Program-made: the position numbers and the translations under genes | DNA from: an uncultured delta proteobacterium | Lineage (GTDB): Bacteria > Desulfobacterota > Syntrophia > Syntrophales > UBA5619 | DNA: 64,000 nt | NCBI GenBank assembly: GCA_963817385.1 | Contig: CAWFOM010000010.1 | Location: 128,001 to 192,000 of the forward strand | Reading direction: 5' to 3' | The notes under the pieces: model-generated | The model's database searches: none | What the model was told of the DNA's origin: nothing | Seen by the model: only the letters and a program-made list of their open reading frames with translations | Shown: piece by piece, positions 32,797 to 43,308 of the stretch | Numbering within the stretch: position 1 is the first letter of the stretch | How the letters are laid out: each line of letters begins with the position of its first letter

Positions 32797-34527
32797 TTAG
32801 GGAGCCAGGGAGGCCTCCCGCCATTTGCGCACGGAATTGATCAGGAAGATCTTTTCCGCCCGTCTTAGCGACGAAAGGCTCACCGTTTCTTCCGAGATCT
32901 CACCGCGTTCCAGCAACTCCGCACGGTACGTGCCACTGAGCAGACCGCAGCCCACTGGTGGCGTTACCAGCCGGCCGTTGCGGAGGATCACCAGATTGGC
33001 GATGCACGATTCCGTCATCTCTCCCGCCTCATTATACAAGAGGACATCATCAGCATCCGGAAAAGACGCCCGGGCTATTTCGTAGATCTCCCGGCGGGTC
33101 GTCTTGTGAAAAAGAAAGCGATCCCGTGAATGGACAGGGTCTTTCGCGATACATACCCTGAGGAGGCGGCCGTCCGGAGGCTCAAGAGGCGTGGAGGAGC
33201 ATTCCACTGTTCCATCATGCGACAGCAGCAGGCGCATTCGGTACGCTCCCCGGGAGACCTGCGTTGCAGCGGTAAGCAAGACCTGACTGATACGCTGTGC
33301 ATCATACGGGTAATCGAAATACTGAGCCGATTCGTGCAGGCGGTCAAGGTGGCGCGACTCGAGGAAGTATCCCTCATCGGGTGTCCAGAGCAGTGTTTCC
33401 AGCAACCGGAAGGGATGGGGGAAAACGGGGTCCAGAATGATCTTCGCCTTGTTCAGACACTCCTCGTACTCCTCCCCGGCAGAGGAATCCCAGACGATGC
33501 CACCTCCGACACCGTATTCGGCCCGGTGGACGAGTTTATCGATCAGGATCGTGCGAATGGCCACGCTGAATCGGGAGCGACGGCCGGGACCGACAAAGCC
33601 AATCGCTCCGGTATAAATATTGCGCGGCGATGTCTCGAGTGAGGCGATGAGTTCCATGGTCTTGACCTTCGGGGCGCCGGTGATGGAGGCGCAGGGGAAA
33701 AGCGCCCGCAGAATATCGGGAAATGATGCCGCGGTTCTGGCTTTAACCGTAGAGGTCATCTGCCAGACCGTCGCATATTTTTCAATCTCATAGAGTCGGG
33801 GAACCCGGACGCTGCCTGTGCGAGCGATTCGACCGAGGTCATTGCGGACCATGTCGACGATCATAACGTTTTCCGCTCGGTTCTTTTCGGACATGTGCAG
33901 CCACCGGGCGTTTGCGCGGTCCTCGGCAAGGGTTCTTCCCCGGGGAGCAGTGCCTTTCATCGGTCTTGAGAAGATCTCCTGATTGTGCAGACAAAAGAAG
34001 AGCTCGGGCGAAGCGGAACAGAGGGAAAATGCTCTGGTGTCCACGAAGGCCGCATAGGGGGCGTCCACACAAGTCTTGAGAAAGAACCCCCAGGGGTCTT
34101 CCCGAAAGACGCTCCGCTGGCGGAGCGTGTAGTTGACCTGGTAGGTATCGCCGGCGGCGATGTGCTCTCGGATGCGGTCGATGGCGGCATCATACTCGTT
34201 CCGGGTGACTGACGGCTGCCAGGCGGCAGCGCCTGAGGATTGAGCCTCAGCGGCAGGAAGCGCCGCCAGGATGGTCGGGGAGCTGAAGAGGCCGAGACAG
34301 ACGAGGGGGAAAGCCGTTGCGGGATGGGTGTGGAAGACCGGATCAAAGGCGGGTGCCGTTTCGTACGAGATCCAGCCGGCGGCATAGAGTCCGTCGCGTT
34401 CGACACGCGTCTCCACTTCCGCAAGAAGCGGGATGACGTCCGGCAGATTCGCGGTCTGCAGGATGGCATGGGGGCAGGCGAATTGCAGCCAATGACCTTT
34501 TTCTGGGTCGTGAATAACCAGATTCAT
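32797..34527 (-). CDS. pabB: Aminodeoxychorismate synthase component I fused to class IV aminotransferase/ADC-lyase (PabB-PabC)
   Basis: AGDTYQVNYT, SASPELFF, RPMKGT, KNRAENVMIVDMVRNDLG, FPCASITGAPK; C-terminal LLET..HLDRL..FHKTT..GLLSGTYR. Confidence 0.9.
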   Translation of the reverse strand: MNLVIHDPEKGHWLQFACPHAILQTANLPDVIPLLAEVETRVERDGLYAAGWISYETAPAFDPVFHTHPATAFPLVCLGLFSSPTILAALPAAEAQSSGAAAWQPSVTRNEYDAAIDRIREHIAAGDTYQVNYTLRQRSVFREDPWGFFLKTCVDAPYAAFVDTRAFSLCSASPELFFCLHNQEIFSRPMKGTAPRGRTLAEDRANARWLHMSEKNRAENVMIVDMVRNDLGRIARTGSVRVPRLYEIEKYATVWQMTSTVKARTAASFPDILRALFPCASITGAPKVKTMELIASLETSPRNIYTGAIGFVGPGRRSRFSVAIRTILIDKLVHRAEYGVGGGIVWDSSAGEEYEECLNKAKIILDPVFPHPFRLLETLLWTPDEGYFLESRHLDRLHESAQYFDYPYDAQRISQVLLTAATQVSRGAYRMRLLLSHDGTVECSSTPLEPPDGRLLRVCIAKDPVHSRDRFLFHKTTRREIYEIARASFPDADDVLLYNEAGEMTESCIANLVILRNGRLVTPPVGCGLLSGTYRAELLERGEISEETVSLSSLRRAEKIFLINSVRKWREASLAP

Positions 34528-34532
34528 TTGCC

Positions 34533-35366
34533 CTACCAGTCGGGGCAATTCTTCCGATACACCTCGGAACGGCGCCAGTCCCGCAGGGTGCCGGGTTTCG
34601 TATTCCAGGGCATGGGCGGTCCGTAGAGATCCTTCTCCTGTCGGAGCCACCGAATGCGGTCGATGTCGCACTCGGCGATAAAGATTCCGAGTTTCGTCGA
34701 TTCGACAACAATCTCCTCGGGGCTGCAGATCATGGCAAGCCCCTGTTCGGCGCCGAAGATGTTCTGGCACGTAACCGTATAGGCGAGGTTCTCAATCGCC
34801 CGGGACCAGATGAGGTTCCGCCAAGTGGCCTGAAGTTCGTATTTACAGATGCCGGCGGGCAGAAAGATGATCTCCGCCCCCTTCAAAGCGAGGAGGCGGG
34901 ACAGCTCCGGGACATAGACCTCGCTGCAGATGAGGATTCCCACCGTGCCGAAGGGGGTTTCGAACACCGGTAGGTCGTCGGCCTCCTGGTAATCATAGTC
35001 CCAAAAACGGCCCCCTTTATAGATCCAGGGGCCCTTGGGAATTGTTCGATTGTACCTTCCTACCGAACCGTCCGGCCCCACAAGGATCTGTGACGTATAC
35101 CCTCTCCCGGGGTTTCCGGGAACGGGACAGTTGGCTCCGGCAACGACATAGACGTCATGCTTCTTCGCCATCTCCTGAAGCGGCTCAACGGGGGAATAAC
35201 TCAGGGGCGCCTTCCAGGGCCCCGGATAGGTCTCGGGAAAGCAGATGAACTTTGCGCCCAGATCGGCCGCCTCCGCTACGTATTCACGAGCCTTCTCGAT
35301 ATTCCTCGTCTGCTCATCGGCCTCCAGAAACGTCTTCGTTTGAATTGCCGCTACGCTGAACTTCAT
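34533..35366 (-). CDS. Carbon-nitrogen hydrolase (nitrilase superfamily)
   Basis: VAAIQ, CFPE (E45), GILICSE (C147), RAIEN; the catalytic Lys position reads Arg. Confidence 0.88.
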   Translation of the reverse strand: MKFSVAAIQTKTFLEADEQTRNIEKAREYVAEAADLGAKFICFPETYPGPWKAPLSYSPVEPLQEMAKKHDVYVVAGANCPVPGNPGRGYTSQILVGPDGSVGRYNRTIPKGPWIYKGGRFWDYDYQEADDLPVFETPFGTVGILICSEVYVPELSRLLALKGAEIIFLPAGICKYELQATWRNLIWSRAIENLAYTVTCQNIFGAEQGLAMICSPEEIVVESTKLGIFIAECDIDRIRWLRQEKDLYGPPMPWNTKPGTLRDWRRSEVYRKNCPDW

Positions 35367-35439
35367 TGATATCGTCTCCGCGTACCCTTGTCCGCACCCG
35401 ATTCATGCCGCTGATTCTTTAGCATCCATCGTCGGGGGA

Positions 35440-35468
35440 AGTATATGGACAGGGGGTATGTGTGTCAA
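35440..35468 (-). promoter_or_regulatory. Sigma70 promoter for nitrilase-pabB
   Basis: TTGACA-17nt-TATACT on minus strand. Confidence 0.65.
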
Positions 35469-35500
35469 GGGAATTGAGCCGCTAAAAGAAAAAATATCCC

Positions 35501-35542
35501 TTGACACACCACCCACCCCTTCTTATAGTCGACTGATATCAG
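35501..35542 (+). promoter_or_regulatory. Sigma70 promoter for ABC/catabolic operon with adjacent palindrome
   Basis: TTGACA-17nt-TATAGT (35501-35529), then CTGATATCAG perfect palindrome (35533-35542). Confidence 0.65.
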
Positions 35543-35588
35543 CGGAGTTTCTTGTTGAAAAAGATAACAGACAGGGAGGAAAGGAACG

Positions 35589-36830
35589 ATGAAGAAAAAA
35601 TGGTTGACAGCTGTTTTGGCTGCGGTGGTGTGTCTCTTCGTTTTCAACCCCTTACCCGTGTGGTCAGCAGAGAAAGGCCCCATCAAGATCGGCTTGCTTG
35701 CCCCCCTTTCGGGTGGATTTGCCGCCCAGGGCAAGGATATGCTGGCGGCTTTTCAACAGTACCTCGAAGAGATCAATTATCAGGCGGCCGGTCGAAAGAT
35801 CGAACTCCTTGTAGAGGACGACGAGGCAAATCCGGCAACAGGGCTCACGAAGTCAAGAAAGTTGGTGGAGAAGGATGGGGTCCATATCATGACCGGCGGC
35901 ATGATGGCCTCCACCGCCTATGCACTCGCACCCTACATCGACTCCAAAGAGATCCCCATGACCTACCCCATTATGTCCGCGGATGACATCACGCAGAGAA
36001 AAATACCCAAATGGATTGTCCGTACGGGGTGGTCGAGCAGTCAACCGCATCAGCCCTTCGGAGAGTATGCATACAATACGCTCAAATACCGGAAGGTCTC
36101 GATTGTTGCGTATGACTTTGCATTCGGATGGGAGTGCGTAGGGGGGTTCCATAAGACCTTTGAAGATGCCGGCGGAAAGATCCTGCAAAAGATATGGGTC
36201 CCGCTGACTGCCCAGGACATGAGCCCCTATCTCTCACAGATTTCGAAGGATGCCGACGCGGTCTTCGCCGTGTTCTCCGGCCGCTTGACGCTGCAGTTTG
36301 TCAAACAGTACAAGGAATTCGGACTCAAGGACAAGATCCCGTTGATCGGCGGCGGAACGCTGACCGATGAGCACGCCCTCCCCTCCATGGGCGATGAGGC
36401 AATCGGAATCATCACTCCTCTCATCTACAGCGAGGTCCTCGACAACGCGGCCAACAAAAAATTTGTCAAGGGATTCCGCGCGAAGGCCAAAAAGGCAGCT
36501 TCCTACTACTCCGAGGGAACTTACACCGGGGCACGGTGGATTGTGGAAGCCATCAAAGCCGTCAAGGGCGATGTGGAAGACAGGCCGAAGCTCCTGGCAG
36601 CCCTCAAGCAGGTCGAGCTGAAAGACGTCCCCCGGGGACCGATGAAACTTGACTTCTATGGGAATCCGATTCAGAATATCTATGTCCGCAAAGTTGAAAG
36701 AGTGGGCGGGGAGCTGCGGAACACAGTGATTCATACCTATCCGAATGTCTCCCAGTTCTGGACGTACAAACCCGAAGAGTTCCTGAAGCAGCCGGTATAT
36801 TCGCGCGAATATCCCCCCGTGAAACCCTGA
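35589..36830 (+). CDS. Liv-type ABC substrate-binding protein (aromatic acid-binding-like)
   Basis: Signal peptide; PIKIGLLAPLSG, VEDDEA, DFAFGWE, PRGPMKLDFYGNP. Confidence 0.92.
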   Translation: MKKKWLTAVLAAVVCLFVFNPLPVWSAEKGPIKIGLLAPLSGGFAAQGKDMLAAFQQYLEEINYQAAGRKIELLVEDDEANPATGLTKSRKLVEKDGVHIMTGGMMASTAYALAPYIDSKEIPMTYPIMSADDITQRKIPKWIVRTGWSSSQPHQPFGEYAYNTLKYRKVSIVAYDFAFGWECVGGFHKTFEDAGGKILQKIWVPLTAQDMSPYLSQISKDADAVFAVFSGRLTLQFVKQYKEFGLKDKIPLIGGGTLTDEHALPSMGDEAIGIITPLIYSEVLDNAANKKFVKGFRAKAKKAASYYSEGTYTGARWIVEAIKAVKGDVEDRPKLLAALKQVELKDVPRGPMKLDFYGNPIQNIYVRKVERVGGELRNTVIHTYPNVSQFWTYKPEEFLKQPVYSREYPPVKP

Positions 36831-36944
36831 CCGGCTGATGAACCCATCATGGCGCCGCCCCGTACGATAAGGAGATTATTCTGTAAATTTACCGCAGGGG
36901 CGGAACACTGAAGCGCTTTCTGGGTACGACCTGAAAATGCCGTG

Positions 36945-36998
36945 ATTTCACTCGTGCGGGGGAAGCACTTTTTCGCGCACCCCTGCAAGGGGTGAAAT
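36945..36998 (+). other. Long stem-loop between SBP and permease genes
   Basis: ATTTCACTCGTGCGGGG...CCCCTGCAAGGGGTGAAAT. Confidence 0.4.
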
Positions 36999-37061
36999 TT
37001 GCGGGGCGTGTTGAGGTGAGTGCCGTCATCACGGAAACGGCCAATGCCAGGAGGAATCATT

Positions 37062-37919
37062 TTGGGCGATTTTTTATTGGTCCAGACGCTCAACGGGCTT
37101 TCTTTCGCGGCCCTTCTTTTTTTGCTTTCCAGCGGACTCTCTCTGATCTACGGGGTGATGAAGATCGTCAACATCGCCCATGGATCATTTTTCATGGTGG
37201 GGGCATATGTCGGGCTGTCGGTAATTTTAAAGACGAATAACTTCTTTCTGGGCGCCGTGGCGGGAGGACTGGCCGTGGGGGTGCTCGGTTTCATCATGGA
37301 GCGCGGTTTCCTGAGGAGATTTCCTCTCCAGGCCCTTCCGCAAATGATGATCACCCTGGGGTTTGCCCTGCTTTTCCGCGATCTCTCCCTCCTGATCTGG
37401 GGAGGGGATCCCTACATCCTCCCTTGTCCTGAATACCTGAAGGGGTCCGTAAAGATAGTTCACGTCGTTTTTCCCGTTTACCGTATTTTCATTTTTTGCG
37501 TGGCGACGGTGGTTGCCACCGCCTTGTGGCTCTTCAATGAGAAAACCCTGGTCGGGGCGAAACTTCGGGCGGCGGTGGATGATCATGAGATGGCAGGGGG
37601 CGTGGGTCTGAACGTTCCGATGATTTCGGGGTGCATGTTTGGGCTGGGCGCCTTCCTAGCCGGCTTCGGAGGGGTCATGGGAGGTCCCATCTTCGGGGTT
37701 TATCCGGGACTCGATTTCGAACTTCTCTCGCTAGGTTTTGTGGTGGTTATCGTCGGGGGAAGGGGAAGTCTCCTCGGTTCTGCCGTGGGAAGCGTCCTGG
37801 TGGGGCTCGTGGACAACTTCGGCAAGGCCCTGATTCCGGAACTCTCCTATTTCACGTTGTTCGCCCCCATGGCGCTGGTGGTTGCGCTCAAACCTACCGG
37901 ACTCTTCGGAAAAGAGTGA
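37062..37919 (+). CDS. ABC permease (LivH-like)
   Basis: AGGAGG + TTG start; NGLSFA, GLSLIYGVMKIVNIAHG, VVVIVGG. Confidence 0.9.
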   Translation: MGDFLLVQTLNGLSFAALLFLLSSGLSLIYGVMKIVNIAHGSFFMVGAYVGLSVILKTNNFFLGAVAGGLAVGVLGFIMERGFLRRFPLQALPQMMITLGFALLFRDLSLLIWGGDPYILPCPEYLKGSVKIVHVVFPVYRIFIFCVATVVATALWLFNEKTLVGAKLRAAVDDHEMAGGVGLNVPMISGCMFGLGAFLAGFGGVMGGPIFGVYPGLDFELLSLGFVVVIVGGRGSLLGSAVGSVLVGLVDNFGKALIPELSYFTLFAPMALVVALKPTGLFGKE

Positions 37920-37923
37920 AGAC

Positions 37924-38920
37924 ATGAAAGATCTCTTCCGTTCTAAAACGAACATCATCGGCTTGACTCTGGCAGTCCTGGTCCTGCTGGTCATGCCGCC
38001 TTTTTATGCCTCCTACTGGGTCACGCTCCTGACGCAGATGCTGATCTTCGCCATCCTGGCCATGAGTCTGGATATCCTCCTGGGTTACACGGGGTTGTCA
38101 TCTTTCGGGCATGCGGGTTTTTTCGGAGTGGCCGGCTATGCGGTGGCAATCCTCTCCACCCGATACAAGATGGGATTCCTCTTCTGTTTCATCAGCGGCA
38201 TCTCCCTGTCCGTTTTGATCAGCATGATTTTCGGCTTCCTGGTCGCCCACGCTGACCGGGGTCTATTTCCTGATCATCACCCTGGCCCTGGGGATGGTCC
38301 TCTGGGGGCTTGCCTTCCGCTGGGTCACGATGACCGGCGGCGACAACGGGATTTCGGGAATCGTCAGGCCGGATATCGGCCTTCCGATCGCCTTGAAAGA
38401 CCCGCTTACCTTCTATTATTGCATTTTTGCTTTCTTTCTCATCGCTCTGGTCATGATGGCCATCCTCGTCCGGTCCCCGTTCGGTCACAGCCTCAAGGGT
38501 GTCCGGGAGAGCGAATCCCGGATGCGGGTCCTGGGGTATCATTCCTGGCTTCATAAGTACCTGTCATATGTCGTATCGGCTGCATTCGCCGGCTTTGCGG
38601 GCGTATTCTGGGCCTATTTCAACGGCTTCATCAGCCCCTTTGACATGGACCTGAACGCATCGATCGAAATCGTGCTGATGGTCATCCTTGGCGGACCGGG
38701 GACCCTGATCGGCCCCGCCCTGGGGGCCGGGATCATCGTATTTCTCAAGAATTTCATCAGCGCCTATACCCAGCGCTGGCTGCTCATCCTGGGCACCATT
38801 TATATTCTCACGATCCTCTACGCCCCGCAGGGCCTCATCAATCTTCTCAGGGATTGGCTCAAGGGGCGACAGAATAAAGCATGCGTAAAGAAGGTGTCAG
38901 ACGAGCAGACAGAGCCATAA
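37924..38920 (+). CDS. ABC permease (LivM-like; apparent frameshift near 38253)
   Basis: SLDILLGYTGLSSFGHA in first fragment; TGGDNGI, SPFGHSLKGVRESE, ILGGPG in second. Confidence 0.88.
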
Positions 38921-39062
38921 CCACAGTTTTCGTTTCTCCGGTTCCCCGCCGGGGTTGGCAGGGGAGGGATAGCAACTGGGGGCGATGCAAGGACGGTTGG
39001 GAAAGATATTTGGGGAAAAGCGGCGTCTGAACGGCAGCCGAGGAAAGGATCGAAGGAAGTAT

Positions 39063-39839
39063 ATGGGGTCAACGGAAAGAGGGGAGAAGAAGGGATCTGA
39101 TCCGTGCCTGGTCCTCAAAGACCTCTCCATCGATTTTGGGGGGTTGCGGGCCGTCGATGGAGTCAATTTGACCATCGAGCAGGGGGAGAGACGCGTCCTG
39201 ATGGGGCCCAACGGCGCCGGGAAAACGACGCTCTTCAATCTCATCAGTGGTATCTATCCGCCGAGCAGGGGGCGGATCTTCTATTTCGGAAAGGAGATCA
39301 GCAGATACCCCATCTACCGCCGGGCCGCCCTGGGAATAGCCAGGACGTATCAGGTCACCAATCTGTTCCGCTGCCTGACCGTGACGGAAAACATCCTGAT
39401 GGCGTGCCAGGCCCTGGACCGGAGGAAGTTCGTCATGTTCCGTACGCTCTCCTCCTACCAGTGCCATATGGATCACTGCGACGATGTCTTGCACGAATTC
39501 GATCTATGGGAGAAGCGCAATGAACTGGTGAAGAATCTCTCCCATGGAGATCAGCGGCGGATCGAGGTGGCCATGGCCCTCGCCGAAAAACCCCGCCTTC
39601 TGCTTCTCGACGAACCGGCGGCGGGGCTCTCTTCCGCGGAAACTCAGGACCTGACCATGTTACTCAAGAAGCTCGATCCTTCGATCACGATCGTCCTGAT
39701 AGAACACGATCTCGATGTCGCCTTCGAATTTGCCGAGCGGATCACCGTTTTATACCAGGGGCAATTTCTGACCGAGGGCACAAAGGAGGAGATCAGAAAT
39801 AACGCAACCGTGCATGAGATCTATTTGGGTGCGGAGTGA
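39063..39839 (+). CDS. ABC ATP-binding protein (LivG-like)
   Basis: FGGLRAV, GPNGAGKTT, LLLDEPAAG, IEHD. Confidence 0.92.
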   Translation: MGSTERGEKKGSDPCLVLKDLSIDFGGLRAVDGVNLTIEQGERRVLMGPNGAGKTTLFNLISGIYPPSRGRIFYFGKEISRYPIYRRAALGIARTYQVTNLFRCLTVTENILMACQALDRRKFVMFRTLSSYQCHMDHCDDVLHEFDLWEKRNELVKNLSHGDQRRIEVAMALAEKPRLLLLDEPAAGLSSAETQDLTMLLKKLDPSITIVLIEHDLDVAFEFAERITVLYQGQFLTEGTKEEIRNNATVHEIYLGAE

Positions 39840-39843
39840 TAGC

Positions 39844-40539
39844 ATGCTCAAGATAGTCGACATTCATACCTATTACGGCGACAGCTATGTGATCCAGGGG
39901 GTGAGCCTGGAGGTGGCGAAAGGCACGGTTGTAGCCCTCTTGGGGCGCAATGGAGTGGGGAAAACCACGCTTATTCGATCCATTGTCGGTTTTACCCCGG
40001 CGAGGAGGGGTGCGATTCTCTTCAACGGCCAGGACATCACCCGCATGGATTCGTATAAAATCATCAAACTGGGGATGGGCCTCGTGCCTCAGGGCAGGCG
40101 CATCTTTCCCTCCCTGACGGTGAAGGAAAACCTTGCCATCGCCGAGCGTTGCTCCGGTGTACAGCGCTGGGATTTTGCGAATATCTATTCCCTTTTCCCC
40201 CGTCTCGAGGAACGCTGCGATCAGAGGGCCAATACCCTCAGCGGAGGAGAGCAGCAGATGCTGGCGATTGCACGAGCCCTGATCTCAAACCCTCTTTTTC
40301 TCCTCATGGACGAGCCCACGGAGGGGTTGGCGCCCGTTCTGGTACGCGAAGTGGGCGATGCCATACTGCGGCTGAAAGAAGAGGGGTTGTCAATTTTCCT
40401 GGTTGAACAAAACCTTTCTTTTGCCAGGAAGTTTGCAGACTGCCTCCATCTCATGAGCAAGGGGGTGATCGTGTATTCATCGACGCCGGAGCAGCTTTGG
40501 GAGGACCAGGAAGCAAAGCATCGTTATTTGGGGGTGTGA
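39844..40539 (+). CDS. ABC ATP-binding protein (LivF-like)
   Basis: GRNGVGKTT, VPQGRRIF, LSGGEQQML, DEPTEGLAP. Confidence 0.92.
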   Translation: MLKIVDIHTYYGDSYVIQGVSLEVAKGTVVALLGRNGVGKTTLIRSIVGFTPARRGAILFNGQDITRMDSYKIIKLGMGLVPQGRRIFPSLTVKENLAIAERCSGVQRWDFANIYSLFPRLEERCDQRANTLSGGEQQMLAIARALISNPLFLLMDEPTEGLAPVLVREVGDAILRLKEEGLSIFLVEQNLSFARKFADCLHLMSKGVIVYSSTPEQLWEDQEAKHRYLGV

Positions 40540-40590
40540 CGGTTTCGGAATAACACCTTTTTCCGGAGAAGGGATCAAAGGAGGATACTT

Positions 40591-41352
40591 ATGCTGGATT
40601 TGTTTTCTTTACAGGGGAAAGTTGCCCTCGTCACGGGCGCCGCGCAGGGGATCGGCAGGGAAATAGCCCTTGGTTTTGCCCAATATGGCGCGGATGTCGT
40701 GGCGATCGATCTCACGGATGAGAAATTGCTGACGCTCAAAGACGAAATTGAGGCCCACAAGCGGCGCTGCCTGGTTCTTACCATCGACTTGGTCCATGGC
40801 GACCAGATAGACTCTATGGTCGAAACAACGGTTAACGAGATGGGCAGGATCGATATCCTGGCCAACATTGCCGGGGTGAACGTGCACAAAGCCGCTGAAG
40901 AGATGACCGAGAAGGACTGGGATTTTGTCCTGGATATCAACCTGAAGGCGCTGTTTTTCTGTTGCCAGGCGGTGGGCAAGGTTATGCTGCGGCAGGGCGG
41001 CGGTCGAATCATCAACATGAGTTCCTCCTTTGGAGTCGTCGGATTCGGCGGAAGAACTGCGTACGCCGCGAGCAAGGCCGCCGTTTCAAATCTGACCAAG
41101 ACACTGGCTCTTGAATGGTCCGCCAAAGGGATCAATGTCAATGCTATTGCGCCCGGTCCCGTCTGGACGGAGGCCCGTCATCAATTATTCTCCAATCCCG
41201 AGTTTTACACCAATCTCTTGAAAAAAGTGCCGATCAACAGGACGGCCAAGCCCGTCGAGATTGTCGGACCGGCGATTTTTTTGGCCAGCGAAGCCTCCAG
41301 TTTCGTAACGGGTGAGACCATCCTGGTTGACGGCGGATTCTGCGCACAGTAA
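40591..41352 (+). CDS. Short-chain dehydrogenase/reductase
   Basis: TGAAQGIG, NIAG, YAASK, VNAIAPG, VDGG. Confidence 0.93.
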   Translation: MLDLFSLQGKVALVTGAAQGIGREIALGFAQYGADVVAIDLTDEKLLTLKDEIEAHKRRCLVLTIDLVHGDQIDSMVETTVNEMGRIDILANIAGVNVHKAAEEMTEKDWDFVLDINLKALFFCCQAVGKVMLRQGGGRIINMSSSFGVVGFGGRTAYAASKAAVSNLTKTLALEWSAKGINVNAIAPGPVWTEARHQLFSNPEFYTNLLKKVPINRTAKPVEIVGPAIFLASEASSFVTGETILVDGGFCAQ

Positions 41353-41457
41353 TATATAAACGACGCACTTCTTTCCCGAAACACCGCGTTAAAGGCATAA
41401 CTAGCAGATACCGTTCAGTGGCAGCCATAAACGTTTGATGGTGTGGTAAAGGTGGTT

Positions 41458-43296
41458 ATGAAAGGGATATGCGGAAAACTGCTGGATGTCGATCTGACTT
41501 CCGGAAAGACCCGGGAGATCGGCATTTCCGCCGCAGTGGCTAAGAGATACCTGGGAGGAAGAGGTCTGGGGGCAAGACTCCTGTTTGATTTGCTGCCGCC
41601 GAACACGGACCCGCTTTCTCCGGAAAATATCCTCATCTTTCTGACGGGTCCCCTTACGGGGTCGATGGTCCCCGGCTCGTCCAAGTTTGTCGTGGTGACC
41701 AAGTCACCGCTTACCCACGGATGGTGTGACAGCTATTCCAGCGGGAGGATATCCATCGAGCTGAAAAAGGCAGGCTATGACGGCATCGTGATCCGGGGAA
41801 AATCGAATTCCCCCTGCTATCTGAAGATCGATGACAGGGGTGCTGAGATCCGTGAGGCCGGTTCGATCTGGGGAAAGGATAGTTTCGCAGCGGAAAAAAC
41901 ACTCAAGGAACTTGAGGGAAATGCGTCCGCAGGGGTTTCGTCCATCGGGCCGGCGGGAGAAAACCTTTGCAGTTATGCCTGCATCAACAGTGATTACTAT
42001 CGGCAGGCAGCCAGGGGTGGGGTCGGGGCCGTCATGGGTTCGAAACGGCTCAAGGCAATCGTCGTCAGAGGGGCCGCAAACGTGCAGTTTCACGATCATC
42101 AAAGGATCATTGAGCTGAATCGGGAAAACTACCAGCGTGCCAAGATGAGCCAGGTCTTTCAGGCCAGGTCGAAATACGGGACGCCTCTGACCTTGAATTT
42201 CACCCATACGGGCGGAATCCTTCCCACGAAAAATTTCCAATATGGGACCTGGGAAAAGGCCTTGGGGAAGATCGATTCGGTGGGCGTCTATAAGAGCGTA
42301 AAATCCCATAAATCCTGTCAGTCCTGTTTTGTCCATTGCAGTCTGATCACCGAGGCCGCTGAAGGTAAATATAAGGGAACCACCGTGGAAGGTCCTGAGT
42401 ATGAGACCATCGGGATGTTCGGGTCCAATCTCCTCATCGATTCACTCCCCACCATCATCCAGGCAAACGTCCTGTGCGACAAATTGGGGTTGGACACCAT
42501 ATCCACGGGGAACGTCATTGGCTTTGTCATGGAATGTTTCGAAAAAGGGCTCCTCACCGGCAAGCAAGCGGAGGGCCTGGAACTGAATTTCGGGGATGAC
42601 GAAGCCTGTCTGGCCGCCATCGAACTGATCGCCCATCGGAGAGGATTCGGGGAAATCATGTCCCAGGGGGTCCGGGCGACGGCCCATCAGATCGGAGAGG
42701 GCGCCGATCGATTTGCCATGCAGGTCAAGGGATTGGAATTCCCCGCCTACGATCCGCGGGGCGCCTTCGGTTCAGGCCTTTCCTATGCCGTCTCTCCGCG
42801 GGGGGCCTGTCACCGCAGGGCCTGGCCGCCGGCCAAGGAGATCCTCGGGGGCTATCCTCCCTATACCGCAGAGGGGAAGGGGGCGATGATCAAGGACCTT
42901 TATGCCGAAAACTGTATTTTTCATTCCCTGCTGGTCTGTGATATGCCGGCCAAGTTCATCCCCTTGACCCTCGATGATTATGCAAACTATTTTCGGGCGG
43001 CAACCGGCGAGGCGATTTCGCAGGATGAGTTTCTGGCCATGGCCGGAAGGACGGAGACCCTGATCAGGATGTTCAACAACCGGGAGGGATTTACCCGGGC
43101 GGATGATACCCTTCCCGAGAGAACGCTCCGGGAGCCGTTACCCGATGGACCGGGCAAGGGACAGTGCGTCGGAGAGGAAAATCTCGACCGGATGATCGAT
43201 GATTTTTACTCTTGCCAGGGCTGGGATGCAGCGGGTGTCCCCACGGAAGCCACGCTGCAAAAGTATGAGCTCGTAAATGAAAAGTTTCATGGTTGA
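41458..43296 (+). CDS. Aldehyde:ferredoxin oxidoreductase family (W/Mo)
   Basis: YLGGRGLG, KSPLT, IGPAGE, RGGVGAVMGSK, CQSCFVHC, GPEYET, GLDTIS. Confidence 0.93.
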   Translation: MKGICGKLLDVDLTSGKTREIGISAAVAKRYLGGRGLGARLLFDLLPPNTDPLSPENILIFLTGPLTGSMVPGSSKFVVVTKSPLTHGWCDSYSSGRISIELKKAGYDGIVIRGKSNSPCYLKIDDRGAEIREAGSIWGKDSFAAEKTLKELEGNASAGVSSIGPAGENLCSYACINSDYYRQAARGGVGAVMGSKRLKAIVVRGAANVQFHDHQRIIELNRENYQRAKMSQVFQARSKYGTPLTLNFTHTGGILPTKNFQYGTWEKALGKIDSVGVYKSVKSHKSCQSCFVHCSLITEAAEGKYKGTTVEGPEYETIGMFGSNLLIDSLPTIIQANVLCDKLGLDTISTGNVIGFVMECFEKGLLTGKQAEGLELNFGDDEACLAAIELIAHRRGFGEIMSQGVRATAHQIGEGADRFAMQVKGLEFPAYDPRGAFGSGLSYAVSPRGACHRRAWPPAKEILGGYPPYTAEGKGAMIKDLYAENCIFHSLLVCDMPAKFIPLTLDDYANYFRAATGEAISQDEFLAMAGRTETLIRMFNNREGFTRADDTLPERTLREPLPDGPGKGQCVGEENLDRMIDDFYSCQGWDAAGVPTEATLQKYELVNEKFHG

Positions 43297-43308
43297 GCAG
43301 CGGACCTC

